Source of the DNA: an uncultured Verrucomicrobiales bacterium
GTDB taxonomy: Bacteria > Verrucomicrobiota > Verrucomicrobiia > Verrucomicrobiales > Akkermansiaceae
DNA: 64,000 bases
Assembly (NCBI GenBank): GCA_937893015.1
Contig: CALBJX010000062.1
Location: forward strand, 733-64,732
Reading direction: 5' to 3'
Part shown: positions 48,925-57,073 of the stretch, in pieces
Layout: each line of letters starts with the position of its first letter
Numbering within the stretch: position 1 is the stretch's first letter
The notes under the pieces: model-generated
Database searches by the model: none
Told to the model about the DNA's origin: nothing
Seen by the model: only the letters and a program-made list of their open reading frames with translations
Made by a program: the position numbers and the translations under genes

Positions 48925-50208
48925 ATGCTAGATATTCGTGTTGTCAGGGAAAATCCCGACTATGTGAAAGAGCGCGTCCGCCTGCGCGGGGGCGACCATT
49001 GGATGCTTGTCGATAAGGTGCTGGAGTGTGATGTGAAGCGCCGCAATGCCGAGACGGAAAAGCAGGCGCTTTCCGCCGAACGTAACAGCTCTTCCAAGCT
49101 CATCGGCCAGATGATGAAGGAAGGCCGCCGCGAGGAGGCCGAAGCCCTCAAGAAGAAGATGGGCGAAGTGGGCGACCGCATCAAGGAGCTCGACGCCGTG
49201 GCTTCCGCCGCTGCGGAAGAGCAGGAAGCACTTCTCCTCTCCATCCCCAACATGCCGCACGACGGCGCCCCCGTCGGCTCCGATGAGACGGCCAACCCCG
49301 AGCTGCGTCAGTGGGGCACCAAGCCCGAGATTGCCGAGCCCAAGGATCATGTGGAAATCGGCACCAAGCTCGGTCTGCTCAACTTCGAGGACGCCGCCCG
49401 CATCTCCGGCAGCGGCTTCATCGTGTACCGCGGTCTCGGTGCTCGTCTGGAGCGCGCACTCATCAACTTCCTGCTGGATACGCAGACGCTTGAAAACGGC
49501 TATCAGGAAACAGGCGTGCCCTTTATCGTGAAGCGCGAGTGCATGTACGGCACGGGCCAGCTGCCCAAGTTTGAGGAGGACATGTACGGCATCGAAGAGA
49601 ACGCCATGTTCCTCGTCCCCACCGCCGAGGTGCCCGTCACGAACCTCTGCCGCGACCAGATTGTCAAGGAGGCCGACCTGCCCATCAAGATGACGGCTTA
49701 CACCCCCTGCTTCCGCCGAGAGGCCGGTTCCGCCGGGCGCGAGAACAAGGGCATGATTCGCGTGCACCAGTTCGACAAGGTGGAGCTCGTGGAAATCTGC
49801 AAGCCCGAGGACGGCTTCGCCGAGCTGGAGAAGCTCACGGGACATGCCGAGAGCATTCTCCAAAAACTCGGCCTGCACTACCGCGTCATCGAGCTCTGCA
49901 CGGGCGACGTCGGCTTCTCCTCCGCTAAGACTTACGATATCGAGGTCTGGGCTCCCGGTCAGGGCAAGTATCTGGAGGTTTCCAGCTGCTCCTGTTTCAC
50001 GGACTATCAGGCGCGCCGCATGAAGCTGCGCTACAAGGACGCCGAGGGCAAGATGCGCATCCCCTATACGCTCAACGGCTCGGGTACGGCGCTTCCGCGC
50101 CTCTATGTCGCCCTGCTGGAGCAATGCCAGCAGCCCGACGGCTCCGTGAAGATTCCCGCCGCGCTGGTGCCTTACTTCGGCGCGGAGAGCATTGCGCCCA
50201 AGGCCTAA
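48925..50208 (+). CDS. serS: Serine--tRNA ligase
   Basis: MLDI, GTGQLPKFEED, PTAEVP, CFRREAGSAG, RVHQFDKVE, KTYDIEVW, EVSSCS and TLNGSG motifs. Confidence 0.97.
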   Translation: MLDIRVVRENPDYVKERVRLRGGDHWMLVDKVLECDVKRRNAETEKQALSAERNSSSKLIGQMMKEGRREEAEALKKKMGEVGDRIKELDAVASAAAEEQEALLLSIPNMPHDGAPVGSDETANPELRQWGTKPEIAEPKDHVEIGTKLGLLNFEDAARISGSGFIVYRGLGARLERALINFLLDTQTLENGYQETGVPFIVKRECMYGTGQLPKFEEDMYGIEENAMFLVPTAEVPVTNLCRDQIVKEADLPIKMTAYTPCFRREAGSAGRENKGMIRVHQFDKVELVEICKPEDGFAELEKLTGHAESILQKLGLHYRVIELCTGDVGFSSAKTYDIEVWAPGQGKYLEVSSCSCFTDYQARRMKLRYKDAEGKMRIPYTLNGSGTALPRLYVALLEQCQQPDGSVKIPAALVPYFGAESIAPKA

Positions 50209-50219
50209 GCTGAATGTTT

Positions 50220-50264
50220 CAGGAGCCGCCCGACAGAGGGCGGGCGGCTCCTGCTTCCTTTTTT
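50220..50264 (+). terminator. Hairpin/terminator after serS
   Basis: CAGGAGCCGCCCG...CGGGCGGCTCCTG followed by a pyrimidine/T tract. Confidence 0.7.
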
Positions 50265-50304
50265 CGCCCTCTCCTTCTTCTTTTCTGTAAGCACTATTGC
50301 CGCC

Positions 50305-51030
50305 ATGCCGACTCTGAGCAGCATCATGGGGCCGATTTTCTGGCTCATCATCTTCTTCGCCGTGCTGGCGCTGGCCGTCGTGGCCGAGCGTCTGTTCTAC
50401 TTCCACCGCGTCAACATCAACTCGGGCGACTTCCTGCGCGGGCTCTCTGCCCTGTTGCGAGCGGGTAAGTATGATGAGGCTCTGCACGAGGCGCGTCAGC
50501 TGCCCGGGCCCATGGCACGCGTGGTGGAGTCCGTGCTGCCGCACCACCGCCTCGTCCGCTCCGAAATGCGTGAAATTGCCATGGAAGCTGCCGAGCTGGA
50601 GGTGTACCGCATCGAGCGCAACATCGGTACGTTGCAGGCCTGTGCCACTGCCATGCCCATGCTCGGCATTCTCGGCACGCTGCTCTCGCTGGTGAACTTT
50701 TATGAGCAGCCCGGCATCATCGACGGAGCCGCCGCGCCGCCCGCGGTGGCTGCTGTGCTGCAGCAGGCTTTGATGCTCTCGGCTACGGGTGTGGCCCTCT
50801 GCATCCCCGCCTACCTTTTCTACATGTATCTGGCGGGGCGTGCCCGCAAGATTATCAACAACGTGGAACGCGCCGGGCTGGAGTGTGTGCACATTATCTG
50901 CGATGCCCGCGAGGCCGCCGAGGAAAAAGCGCGTGAGGAGCAGGCCGCCGCTGCCGCCGCCGCGGAGCGTAAGTGCTGCTGCTCCTGCGAGCTGCCCGCC
51001 GCCTCCGCAGAGGAGCAGGGAGAAGCCTAA
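50305..51030 (+). CDS. MotA/TolQ/ExbB proton-channel family protein
   Basis: N-terminal TM then ERL; A...PMLGILGTL; AL...A.G....IPA pattern. Confidence 0.85.
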   Translation: MPTLSSIMGPIFWLIIFFAVLALAVVAERLFYFHRVNINSGDFLRGLSALLRAGKYDEALHEARQLPGPMARVVESVLPHHRLVRSEMREIAMEAAELEVYRIERNIGTLQACATAMPMLGILGTLLSLVNFYEQPGIIDGAAAPPAVAAVLQQALMLSATGVALCIPAYLFYMYLAGRARKIINNVERAGLECVHIICDAREAAEEKAREEQAAAAAAAERKCCCSCELPAASAEEQGEA

Positions 51031-51044
51031 CCGCCGTTTTTTCT

Positions 51045-51473
51045 ATGCGCCGCATCCGTTCCCGACTGCATGACATGGGTGGCACGGCCTTGGTGCTGTG
51101 CGGCATCAGCTTGTTGCTGGTGCTTTGCTGCTGCGTGTTGCTGACGCACCATGTCGCTCCGCGCTACGGCGTGCGTGTGCGTCCCGCTGCCTCCCACTTC
51201 ACCATGGGCGGCTACGACCGCTCGCAGACCCACATCCTGTCGATTTCCGCGGGCGATGAACCTCGCCTCTACGATGGTTCCGTCCGCATCGCGGGCGACA
51301 TGCAGGGCGTGGAGGCTGTGCTTGCGCAATGGGCGGGCGAAACGCCCTCCCGCGTGACAGTGGTGCTCGTGGCGGACAGTGCCGTGACCGCGGGCACGCT
51401 GCAAACACTCACCGACATGGTGCTGAGCCACGGAATGAATTGCCATCTCGGCGCTGTGCCGAGCATCGAATAA
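51045..51473 (+). CDS. ExbD/TolR-like protein (divergent)
   Basis: Single N-terminal TM, V.LVAD..V..G.L....D.....G motif; follows the ExbB-like gene. Confidence 0.65.
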   Translation: MRRIRSRLHDMGGTALVLCGISLLLVLCCCVLLTHHVAPRYGVRVRPAASHFTMGGYDRSQTHILSISAGDEPRLYDGSVRIAGDMQGVEAVLAQWAGETPSRVTVVLVADSAVTAGTLQTLTDMVLSHGMNCHLGAVPSIE

Positions 51474-51889
51474 TGCAGAAGACGACGCCCCAGGACCTGA
51501 CCTTCCACACGCGTTTCGACCGCCGTGCGCACGGGTGTCTGCCGCTCTTTGTTGTCGGCGTCTTTCTCGTGGTGCTCTCGGCTATTTGGCTGGTGCCCGT
51601 CAAAAAGCCGGAGCCCCTTCGCCCCCTCGGTGTGGGCGAGGTGATGCGAGAGAGCGATCCCGTTACGGAATTTCTCGTGCGGGAGCACAGCCCGCTGCCG
51701 CTGCTGCAACCCCGCGCCATCGACCCTGATTTTGACGAGGTGGAGCGTATGCCCCTGCGCCGCGAGCTTACCCCCATGCCGGCCCCCCCTGTGCGTCTTT
51801 TCTCCGGCGCCCCGGATTCCGCCGTACTGGAGGCGGAGGCCCTGCTGGAGCTTCCCCCCACGACAGACGGAAAGGAGGCACAGCCGTGA
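51473..51889 (+). CDS. Single-TM Pro-rich hypothetical protein
   Basis: TAATG coupling to the upstream gene; TM LPLFVVGVFLVVLSAIWLVPV; Pro-rich remainder. Confidence 0.6.
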   Translation: MQKTTPQDLTFHTRFDRRAHGCLPLFVVGVFLVVLSAIWLVPVKKPEPLRPLGVGEVMRESDPVTEFLVREHSPLPLLQPRAIDPDFDEVERMPLRRELTPMPAPPVRLFSGAPDSAVLEAEALLELPPTTDGKEAQP

Positions 51890-52131
51890 GCTTCTCCCTT
51901 CTCGCCCTCTTCGGTATCCCCGAGGTGACTCCCGCGCAGTTCATTGAGGGGCTGCTGCACTGTGGGCTTTTCCTGCTGCTCTGTATCATGATCCCTGTGC
52001 AGCTCAGCGCCAAGCTGCGCCGCATGAGCAAGGCCCGCACCCACCGCACCTGCCGCATCTGCGGCTACCGCTTCCTTCGCCGCGACGGGGAGCAGGAGAT
52101 GCTCTGCCCGCATTGCGGGGCGAAGAATTGA
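51886..52131 (+). CDS. Small membrane protein with C-terminal zinc ribbon
   Basis: GTGA overlap; hydrophobic helix; CRICG-x12-CPHCG. Confidence 0.65.
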   Translation: MSFSLLALFGIPEVTPAQFIEGLLHCGLFLLLCIMIPVQLSAKLRRMSKARTHRTCRICGYRFLRRDGEQEMLCPHCGAKN

Positions 52132-52183
52132 CCCCACGGCGCATGAGCCGCGCCGATTTATTTCAAAGAAGCGCATTTTGTCG

Positions 52184-52213
52184 GAAAATATTTTGATGTT
52201 GAAAAATATTTTC
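52184..52213. promoter_or_regulatory. Twin AAAATATTTT palindromes upstream of the lipoprotein promoter
   Basis: AAAATATTTT at 52185-52194 and 52203-52212; promoter TTGACC-17-TAACAT at 52245-52273. Confidence 0.45.
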
Positions 52214-52327
52214 AAAAAAGAATAAAAAAGACGGCGCTTTGAGCTTGACCCCACCCGCCTCGACCGCTAACATGTTGTCAGCTCCCACCCAAAGGGAGGT
52301 CACACGCAAACCAAAACCAATACTGAT

Positions 52328-52810
52328 ATGAAGTTTCACTATGGTATGATGTCTCTCGTCGCCGCGTCTCTGATGCTGGCTTCCTGTGAGTCCATGGGTT
52401 CCCTCAACTCCGTTACCTCCAATCAGGCGAATGTCGCCGCTCAGGTGGTTCCCGCTACGGTGGTGAGCGCTCAGCGTACCACCATCGACACCAGCTCCAC
52501 GGGTCGTAACCTCGGCACGGGCATCGGTGCCGCTCTGGGTGCAGGCTCCGGTGCTCTGCTGGGGCGCGGTAAGGGGCAGATTGTCTCCGCCGTCGGCTTC
52601 GGCGCTCTGGGTGCCCTCGCCGGTCGCTACGCTGTGGATGCCGCAGGCAACACCACCGCTCAGCGCCTCGTCGTGAAGGTGGACGGTTCCAAGACGCAGT
52701 ACACCGTCACGCAGCCCGTCTACAAGGAAATCGGCGAGATTCCCGTCGGCGTGCACGGCACGCTGGAACTCGGCAACGGCACCTCCAAGTTCATCCCCGA
52801 CGGCATGTAA
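52328..52810 (+). CDS. Glycine-zipper outer-membrane lipoprotein, SlyB-like
   Basis: Lipobox LASC; GTGIGAALGAGSGALLGRGKG...GALGALAG; V.VD.....YTVTQ. Confidence 0.8.
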   Translation: MKFHYGMMSLVAASLMLASCESMGSLNSVTSNQANVAAQVVPATVVSAQRTTIDTSSTGRNLGTGIGAALGAGSGALLGRGKGQIVSAVGFGALGALAGRYAVDAAGNTTAQRLVVKVDGSKTQYTVTQPVYKEIGEIPVGVHGTLELGNGTSKFIPDGM

Positions 52811-52838
52811 GCCTCGGCTTTGACAATACCGATTTTAT

Positions 52839-52874
52839 CATCCGCACGGCTCTGTTCCGGGCGGATGTTTTTTT
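52839..52874 (+). terminator. Intrinsic terminator
   Basis: CATCCGC.CGG...CCG.GCGGATG followed by T7. Confidence 0.8.
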
Positions 52875-52938
52875 GTCACTTGCGGGCGGACTTGCTTCTT
52901 GCCAACGCGTGCGCGGGTGGCTATAATGTCGCGGAGCT

Positions 52939-54570
52939 ATGTTGACGCGCAGTTACAGAATGCAGGAGGCGCTGATGTGCTATTGGGCACAACAGGCCGT
53001 GGCTCTGTGCTCCGACATTGATGATGCTGCCGCGGAAGAGCTGATTGCTCCCGTGCAGACTGCGATTGCCGCCGTGCACCGCGATCGCCGCGTGGTCTTC
53101 ATCGGTGGCAAGGGGTGTGGTAAGACTTCTCTGCTTGCGGCCGTGGCAGGCTGCCCCGTGATGGGCAGGGCCGTGTGGGACGGCCCCTACGTCTGCTGGC
53201 GCTACCGCTGCGACGACGGCGATGCAACCTGCTCCCGCTTCATTCCCGAACCCTCTTTGGAAGGCTTGGAACTCGTGGATACCGCCGCTTGTGACAGCGC
53301 AAAGGAGACGATAGCCGCTCTGCTGCCCGGTGCGGATGTCGTGGTGGCGGTGATGGATGCCCGCTTTGTGCAGGATTCCCCTGCATGGGAACTGCTGGCG
53401 GAATTGCCGGAGAATGCCGCAGGCTCCGTGCTTATTGCGCTCACGCACACGGATTCCCTTGCGGCGGAGTCAGTCATTCAGCTGGGGCAACACGTGCGCG
53501 ACCTCTGCCGGGAGCGTATGAAGACAATGCCCGCCGCCTGTAACGTGAGCCCCGCTAACACCGCTGCTGTGGAAGCCTTCACCACCCGCGTGCAAGAGGC
53601 TCTTGCGGCGCCTCGCGGCGTGCGAGCCGCTGTGCGTCGTGTGCAGGACGTTGCGGAAAATCTGCTGTACAAGCAGGGCAGTATTCTCAAAAAACGGGAG
53701 GAGGTCATGCGCATGAACAGCGGTTTCTTGGCGGGTATCGAGCAGGAAATCGACAATTTCCTGATGCGCCAGCAACAGGGCGCCAAAGCGCACTGCGGGC
53801 ATTTCACGGATGCTGTCGTGCGAGTGAAGCCGCGTTTGCTGCGCCGTCTGCGCGGCACCTTCGGCTACGTGCTCTCGCCCGTCACGCTGCTGCGGCTGGA
53901 AAACTTCGGAGCCGGGCTGGAGAACGCCTGCTGCCGCATGGTGCAGGACGATGTCTGCCGCTTGCAGGAGGAGAGCGACCGCGATTTCATCCAAACCTGT
54001 GCTGCACATTGGAAAAGCGTGCGCCCGCGTATGAAGCAGACGCTCGAATGTGAAATCGGGGATTTTCCCGAAGAAAAACTGTCCGCCGAATTGGCGGAGC
54101 TGCGCCACCGCCTCAAAAATCACATGGGTGAACCCTTCCGCACGGAACAGGTGCGCCGCAAACTGGCGGAGGCTTTCCGCAGCCCTGCGGGGTGGATGCA
54201 GGCGACGCTGATATTCGCCTGTCTGCTGCTTGCCGTGGCCGGGGGAACGGGCTATATCGGGCAAAATGTCATTGCCGAGTGGTTGGCCGGCTCTGCCGCC
54301 GTGCTCTGGTTTCTCGGTTCCGTCGCGCACTTGGTGGTCTCCAAACGCCTGCGGGAAAAGACGGCCGATGTGTGTGACCGCCTGTGCACCGCCATGGGCC
54401 CCGCTCTCATGCCCCTTACAGAGCAACTCATCATCTCCCGCGTGGCGGCTTACCGCAACCTGTACACGGCACCGCGCCTGAAAGTCGCCGCACGTGAAAC
54501 AACGCTGGAGCCGCTGCGCCGACGCCACGGCGAAATCCTGCGCCGCATCCGCACCTCCGCACACGTCTGA
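52939..54570 (+). CDS. Divergent dynamin-like/P-loop GTPase-fold membrane protein
   Basis: VVFIGGKGCGKTS, LELVDTA, ADVVVAVMD and IALTHTD; long helical region; two adjacent TM helices near the C-terminus; promoter TTGCCA-17-TATAAT. Confidence 0.6.
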   Translation: MLTRSYRMQEALMCYWAQQAVALCSDIDDAAAEELIAPVQTAIAAVHRDRRVVFIGGKGCGKTSLLAAVAGCPVMGRAVWDGPYVCWRYRCDDGDATCSRFIPEPSLEGLELVDTAACDSAKETIAALLPGADVVVAVMDARFVQDSPAWELLAELPENAAGSVLIALTHTDSLAAESVIQLGQHVRDLCRERMKTMPAACNVSPANTAAVEAFTTRVQEALAAPRGVRAAVRRVQDVAENLLYKQGSILKKREEVMRMNSGFLAGIEQEIDNFLMRQQQGAKAHCGHFTDAVVRVKPRLLRRLRGTFGYVLSPVTLLRLENFGAGLENACCRMVQDDVCRLQEESDRDFIQTCAAHWKSVRPRMKQTLECEIGDFPEEKLSAELAELRHRLKNHMGEPFRTEQVRRKLAEAFRSPAGWMQATLIFACLLLAVAGGTGYIGQNVIAEWLAGSAAVLWFLGSVAHLVVSKRLREKTADVCDRLCTAMGPALMPLTEQLIISRVAAYRNLYTAPRLKVAARETTLEPLRRRHGEILRRIRTSAHV

Positions 54571-54593
54571 TTTTTCCGCTTCCCCGTCTCCCT

Positions 54594-55958
54594 ATGGAAC
54601 CTGACCTTTTCACCCCGCACGGCACGTCGGCGCTGCAAAGCGATGCCGTTTCCGCGTCCATGCCCTTGGCCGCGCGGATGCGCCCCGAATCGTTGGATGA
54701 GGTGGCGGGGCAGCGTCACCTGCTGGCGGACGGCAAGCTGCTGCGCCGCGCCATCGAGACGGACCGCTTCTCCTCGCTCATCTTCTATGGTCCGCCCGGA
54801 GTGGGCAAGACGACGCTGGCCTATGTCATTGCCCGCTGTACGGGCGACTACTTCGTGATGCTCAACGGCGTGGATTCCGGTAAAGGCGAGATTCTGCGGG
54901 AAATCGAGCAGGCTAAGACGCGGCAGGCGCTGCATGGGCAGAAGACCATCCTCTTTGTGGATGAGCTGCACCGCTTTAACAAGGCGCAGCAGGATGTGCT
55001 GCTGCCGCATTTGGAGAAGGGGACGGTGCGCTTCATCGGCGCGACGACGGAGAACCCCTATTTCGCCATCAACAGCGCGATGCTCTCCCGCTCGCAGATT
55101 TTCCCGCTGGAGCCCGTGCCCGATGCGGACATTATCGCCCTGCTGCGCCGTGCCGTGGCGGATGACAAGCGCGGTCTGGGCTTCATGAAGCTCCTTGTGG
55201 ATGAGGCCGCCTACGAGCATCTGGCCCTGAAAGCCGATGGTGATGCCCGCAAAGCTCTCACCGCGTTGGAGGTTGCGGCCCTCTCCACCCCCAAGGATGC
55301 GGACGGCACCATCCACGTGACACTGGAGGTGGCGGAGGAATCCATCCAGAAGAAGGCCATCCGCTACGACAGGGCAGGAGACGGGCACTACGACACCATT
55401 TCCGCCTTCATCAAGTCCATGCGCGGCAGCGATCCCGATGCCGCGTTGTACTGGCTCGCCTTCATGCTCAACGCCGGGGAGGATATCCGCTTCATCGCCC
55501 GCCGCATCGTCATTTGCGCGAGCGAGGATGTAGGCCTTGCTGATTCCAATGCTCTGCGCGTAGCCATCGCCGCAGCTCAGGCCGCGGAGATGGTCGGCAT
55601 GCCCGAGGCTCGCATTCCTCTGGCCCACGCCGCCGTCTACATCGCCACAGCACCCAAAAGCAATTCCGCCTATGCGGGGCTCGGGGCCGCCATGCAGGAT
55701 GTGAAGGAAGGACGAACCCTCCCCGTGCCTGACCATCTGGCCACTCCCACCCGCAAGAAACTTGCCCGCCTTCGCGGCGTGGCGGCGGAGGATACGGAAT
55801 ACAAATACGCCCACGATTTCGAGGAGAATTATGTGCCGCAGGCCTATCTCCCCGAAGGTCGCCGCTATTATACCCCTTCGCACAATGGTCTGGAACTCCG
55901 CATTGCCGAGCGTATGGAGCACCTGCGCCGCCTGTTTGAGGAATCGCAGGGAAAATGA
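54594..55958 (+). CDS. rarA: Replication-associated recombination protein A (RarA/MgsA)
   Basis: PLAARMRP, YGPPGVGKTT, FVDELHRFNKAQQD, GATTENP, YD.ISAFIKSMRGSDPDAA, ASEDVG.AD and PKSNSAY motifs. Confidence 0.95.
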   Translation: MEPDLFTPHGTSALQSDAVSASMPLAARMRPESLDEVAGQRHLLADGKLLRRAIETDRFSSLIFYGPPGVGKTTLAYVIARCTGDYFVMLNGVDSGKGEILREIEQAKTRQALHGQKTILFVDELHRFNKAQQDVLLPHLEKGTVRFIGATTENPYFAINSAMLSRSQIFPLEPVPDADIIALLRRAVADDKRGLGFMKLLVDEAAYEHLALKADGDARKALTALEVAALSTPKDADGTIHVTLEVAEESIQKKAIRYDRAGDGHYDTISAFIKSMRGSDPDAALYWLAFMLNAGEDIRFIARRIVICASEDVGLADSNALRVAIAAAQAAEMVGMPEARIPLAHAAVYIATAPKSNSAYAGLGAAMQDVKEGRTLPVPDHLATPTRKKLARLRGVAAEDTEYKYAHDFEENYVPQAYLPEGRRYYTPSHNGLELRIAERMEHLRRLFEESQGK

Positions 55959-56035
55959 AAAAGGCCCCGCCGCTGTGAGAAACGGCAGGGCGAGAATGGA
56001 AACGGAGTCCGCGAGGAAAGGAAATCGCTTATCCG

Positions 56036-57073
56036 TCAGTTTTGTTTGATATTGCGCTTCACCTTGTCCGCGCGGCGTTGTTCCTCGCGCTTTTCCTTGT
56101 TGTATTCGCGGATGCCGGCGCGCTTGTCGCGGCGCATGCGGGCGGCGTTCTTGTCGGGCTTGGCATCGCCCCAGAGGGTGAGAATGTGCTCACCCGCCTT
56201 GCCGGAGCGCGTTTCGGGGCCGATGCGCATGTTGGCGCGGATGAGGGTTTTCAGGCGTTGGGACACAATGCCGTTCTGGCGCGTGATGCCGATGAGCAGG
56301 TTGTACGCCGCCTGGCGGTCCTCCACCTTGTAGGCGGGGTCGGAGAAGATGCGGGTGCAGTGCTGCTTGATGGCGTTGAGGTCGGGCACGAAAGAAGGTT
56401 TCAGGAAGCCGTCCTTGGTGTCCATCTCTTTGTAGAGGAACTCGCGGGCGTTGAACTCGTGGCGGCGAAGACAGCCCGTTTTGTCGTTCGGGTCCGCCAT
56501 GCGGATGCGCTCGATGATGTCCGACGGCGGTTTGATGGGCAAATCCGCTGCCTTGCTGAGCAGGCGGGCGCGGGCCTCGTTCTCCTCGTGGTCGGCTTCC
56601 TCCAGAATGGTGTTGCGCTGCCGCAGCAGGTCGAGGTTCTTCTTAATGTTGGCGAGGCCTTCGGCACCCTTGTAGTCACCGAGGTCATCCGTGCCGTGCA
56701 GGTCGGCATAGATTTCGCCGTCCTCATCCAGCATCACCACGCGCGGGCAGTAGCCGAAGCCGGGCAGACGCAGGCTGCCCTTGATGTCCACTCCGTTGTC
56801 GAGGTCCTTGTTCTTGTCATCCTGATAGCTCGGCAGGGCGAGCAGCACGGCGTTGCCCGCGGCTTGCTCCAGCTCGGGGGTGTCCCAGAACTCGTGCAGC
56901 ATGCGGTTGCTGCGCGTGTTCCAATCCGGCCCGTAGACATAGACGATGATGCCGTCCGGTCCCGCGGCTTTCTTGGCGTCTCTGAAGGTTTTGACGCGCT
57001 GTGCGGCATCGGCGGCGGGCAGGGCCAGCAGGGCTCCGAGGGTGAGGAGAGTGCCTTTAATGAGTGCGTTCAT
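56036..57073 (-). CDS. Exported thioredoxin-fold-like protein lacking CxxC
   Basis: Signal peptide; IIVYVYGPDWNTRS...DTPELE aligns by eye with VLVDFTGTDWCVYC...DTPEFE of 31764-32678; 17-nt overlap with the upstream gene. Confidence 0.65.
   Translation of the reverse strand: MNALIKGTLLTLGALLALPAADAAQRVKTFRDAKKAAGPDGIIVYVYGPDWNTRSNRMLHEFWDTPELEQAAGNAVLLALPSYQDDKNKDLDNGVDIKGSLRLPGFGYCPRVVMLDEDGEIYADLHGTDDLGDYKGAEGLANIKKNLDLLRQRNTILEEADHEENEARARLLSKAADLPIKPPSDIIERIRMADPNDKTGCLRRHEFNAREFLYKEMDTKDGFLKPSFVPDLNAIKQHCTRIFSDPAYKVEDRQAAYNLLIGITRQNGIVSQRLKTLIRANMRIGPETRSGKAGEHILTLWGDAKPDKNAARMRRDKRAGIREYNKEKREEQRRADKVKRNIKQN

Noticed and set aside
55959..55992. Hairpin after rarA as a terminator
   Set aside because: The stem is short and imperfect, with no U-tract on the rarA strand. 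It might serve the convergent gene but is too weak to call.
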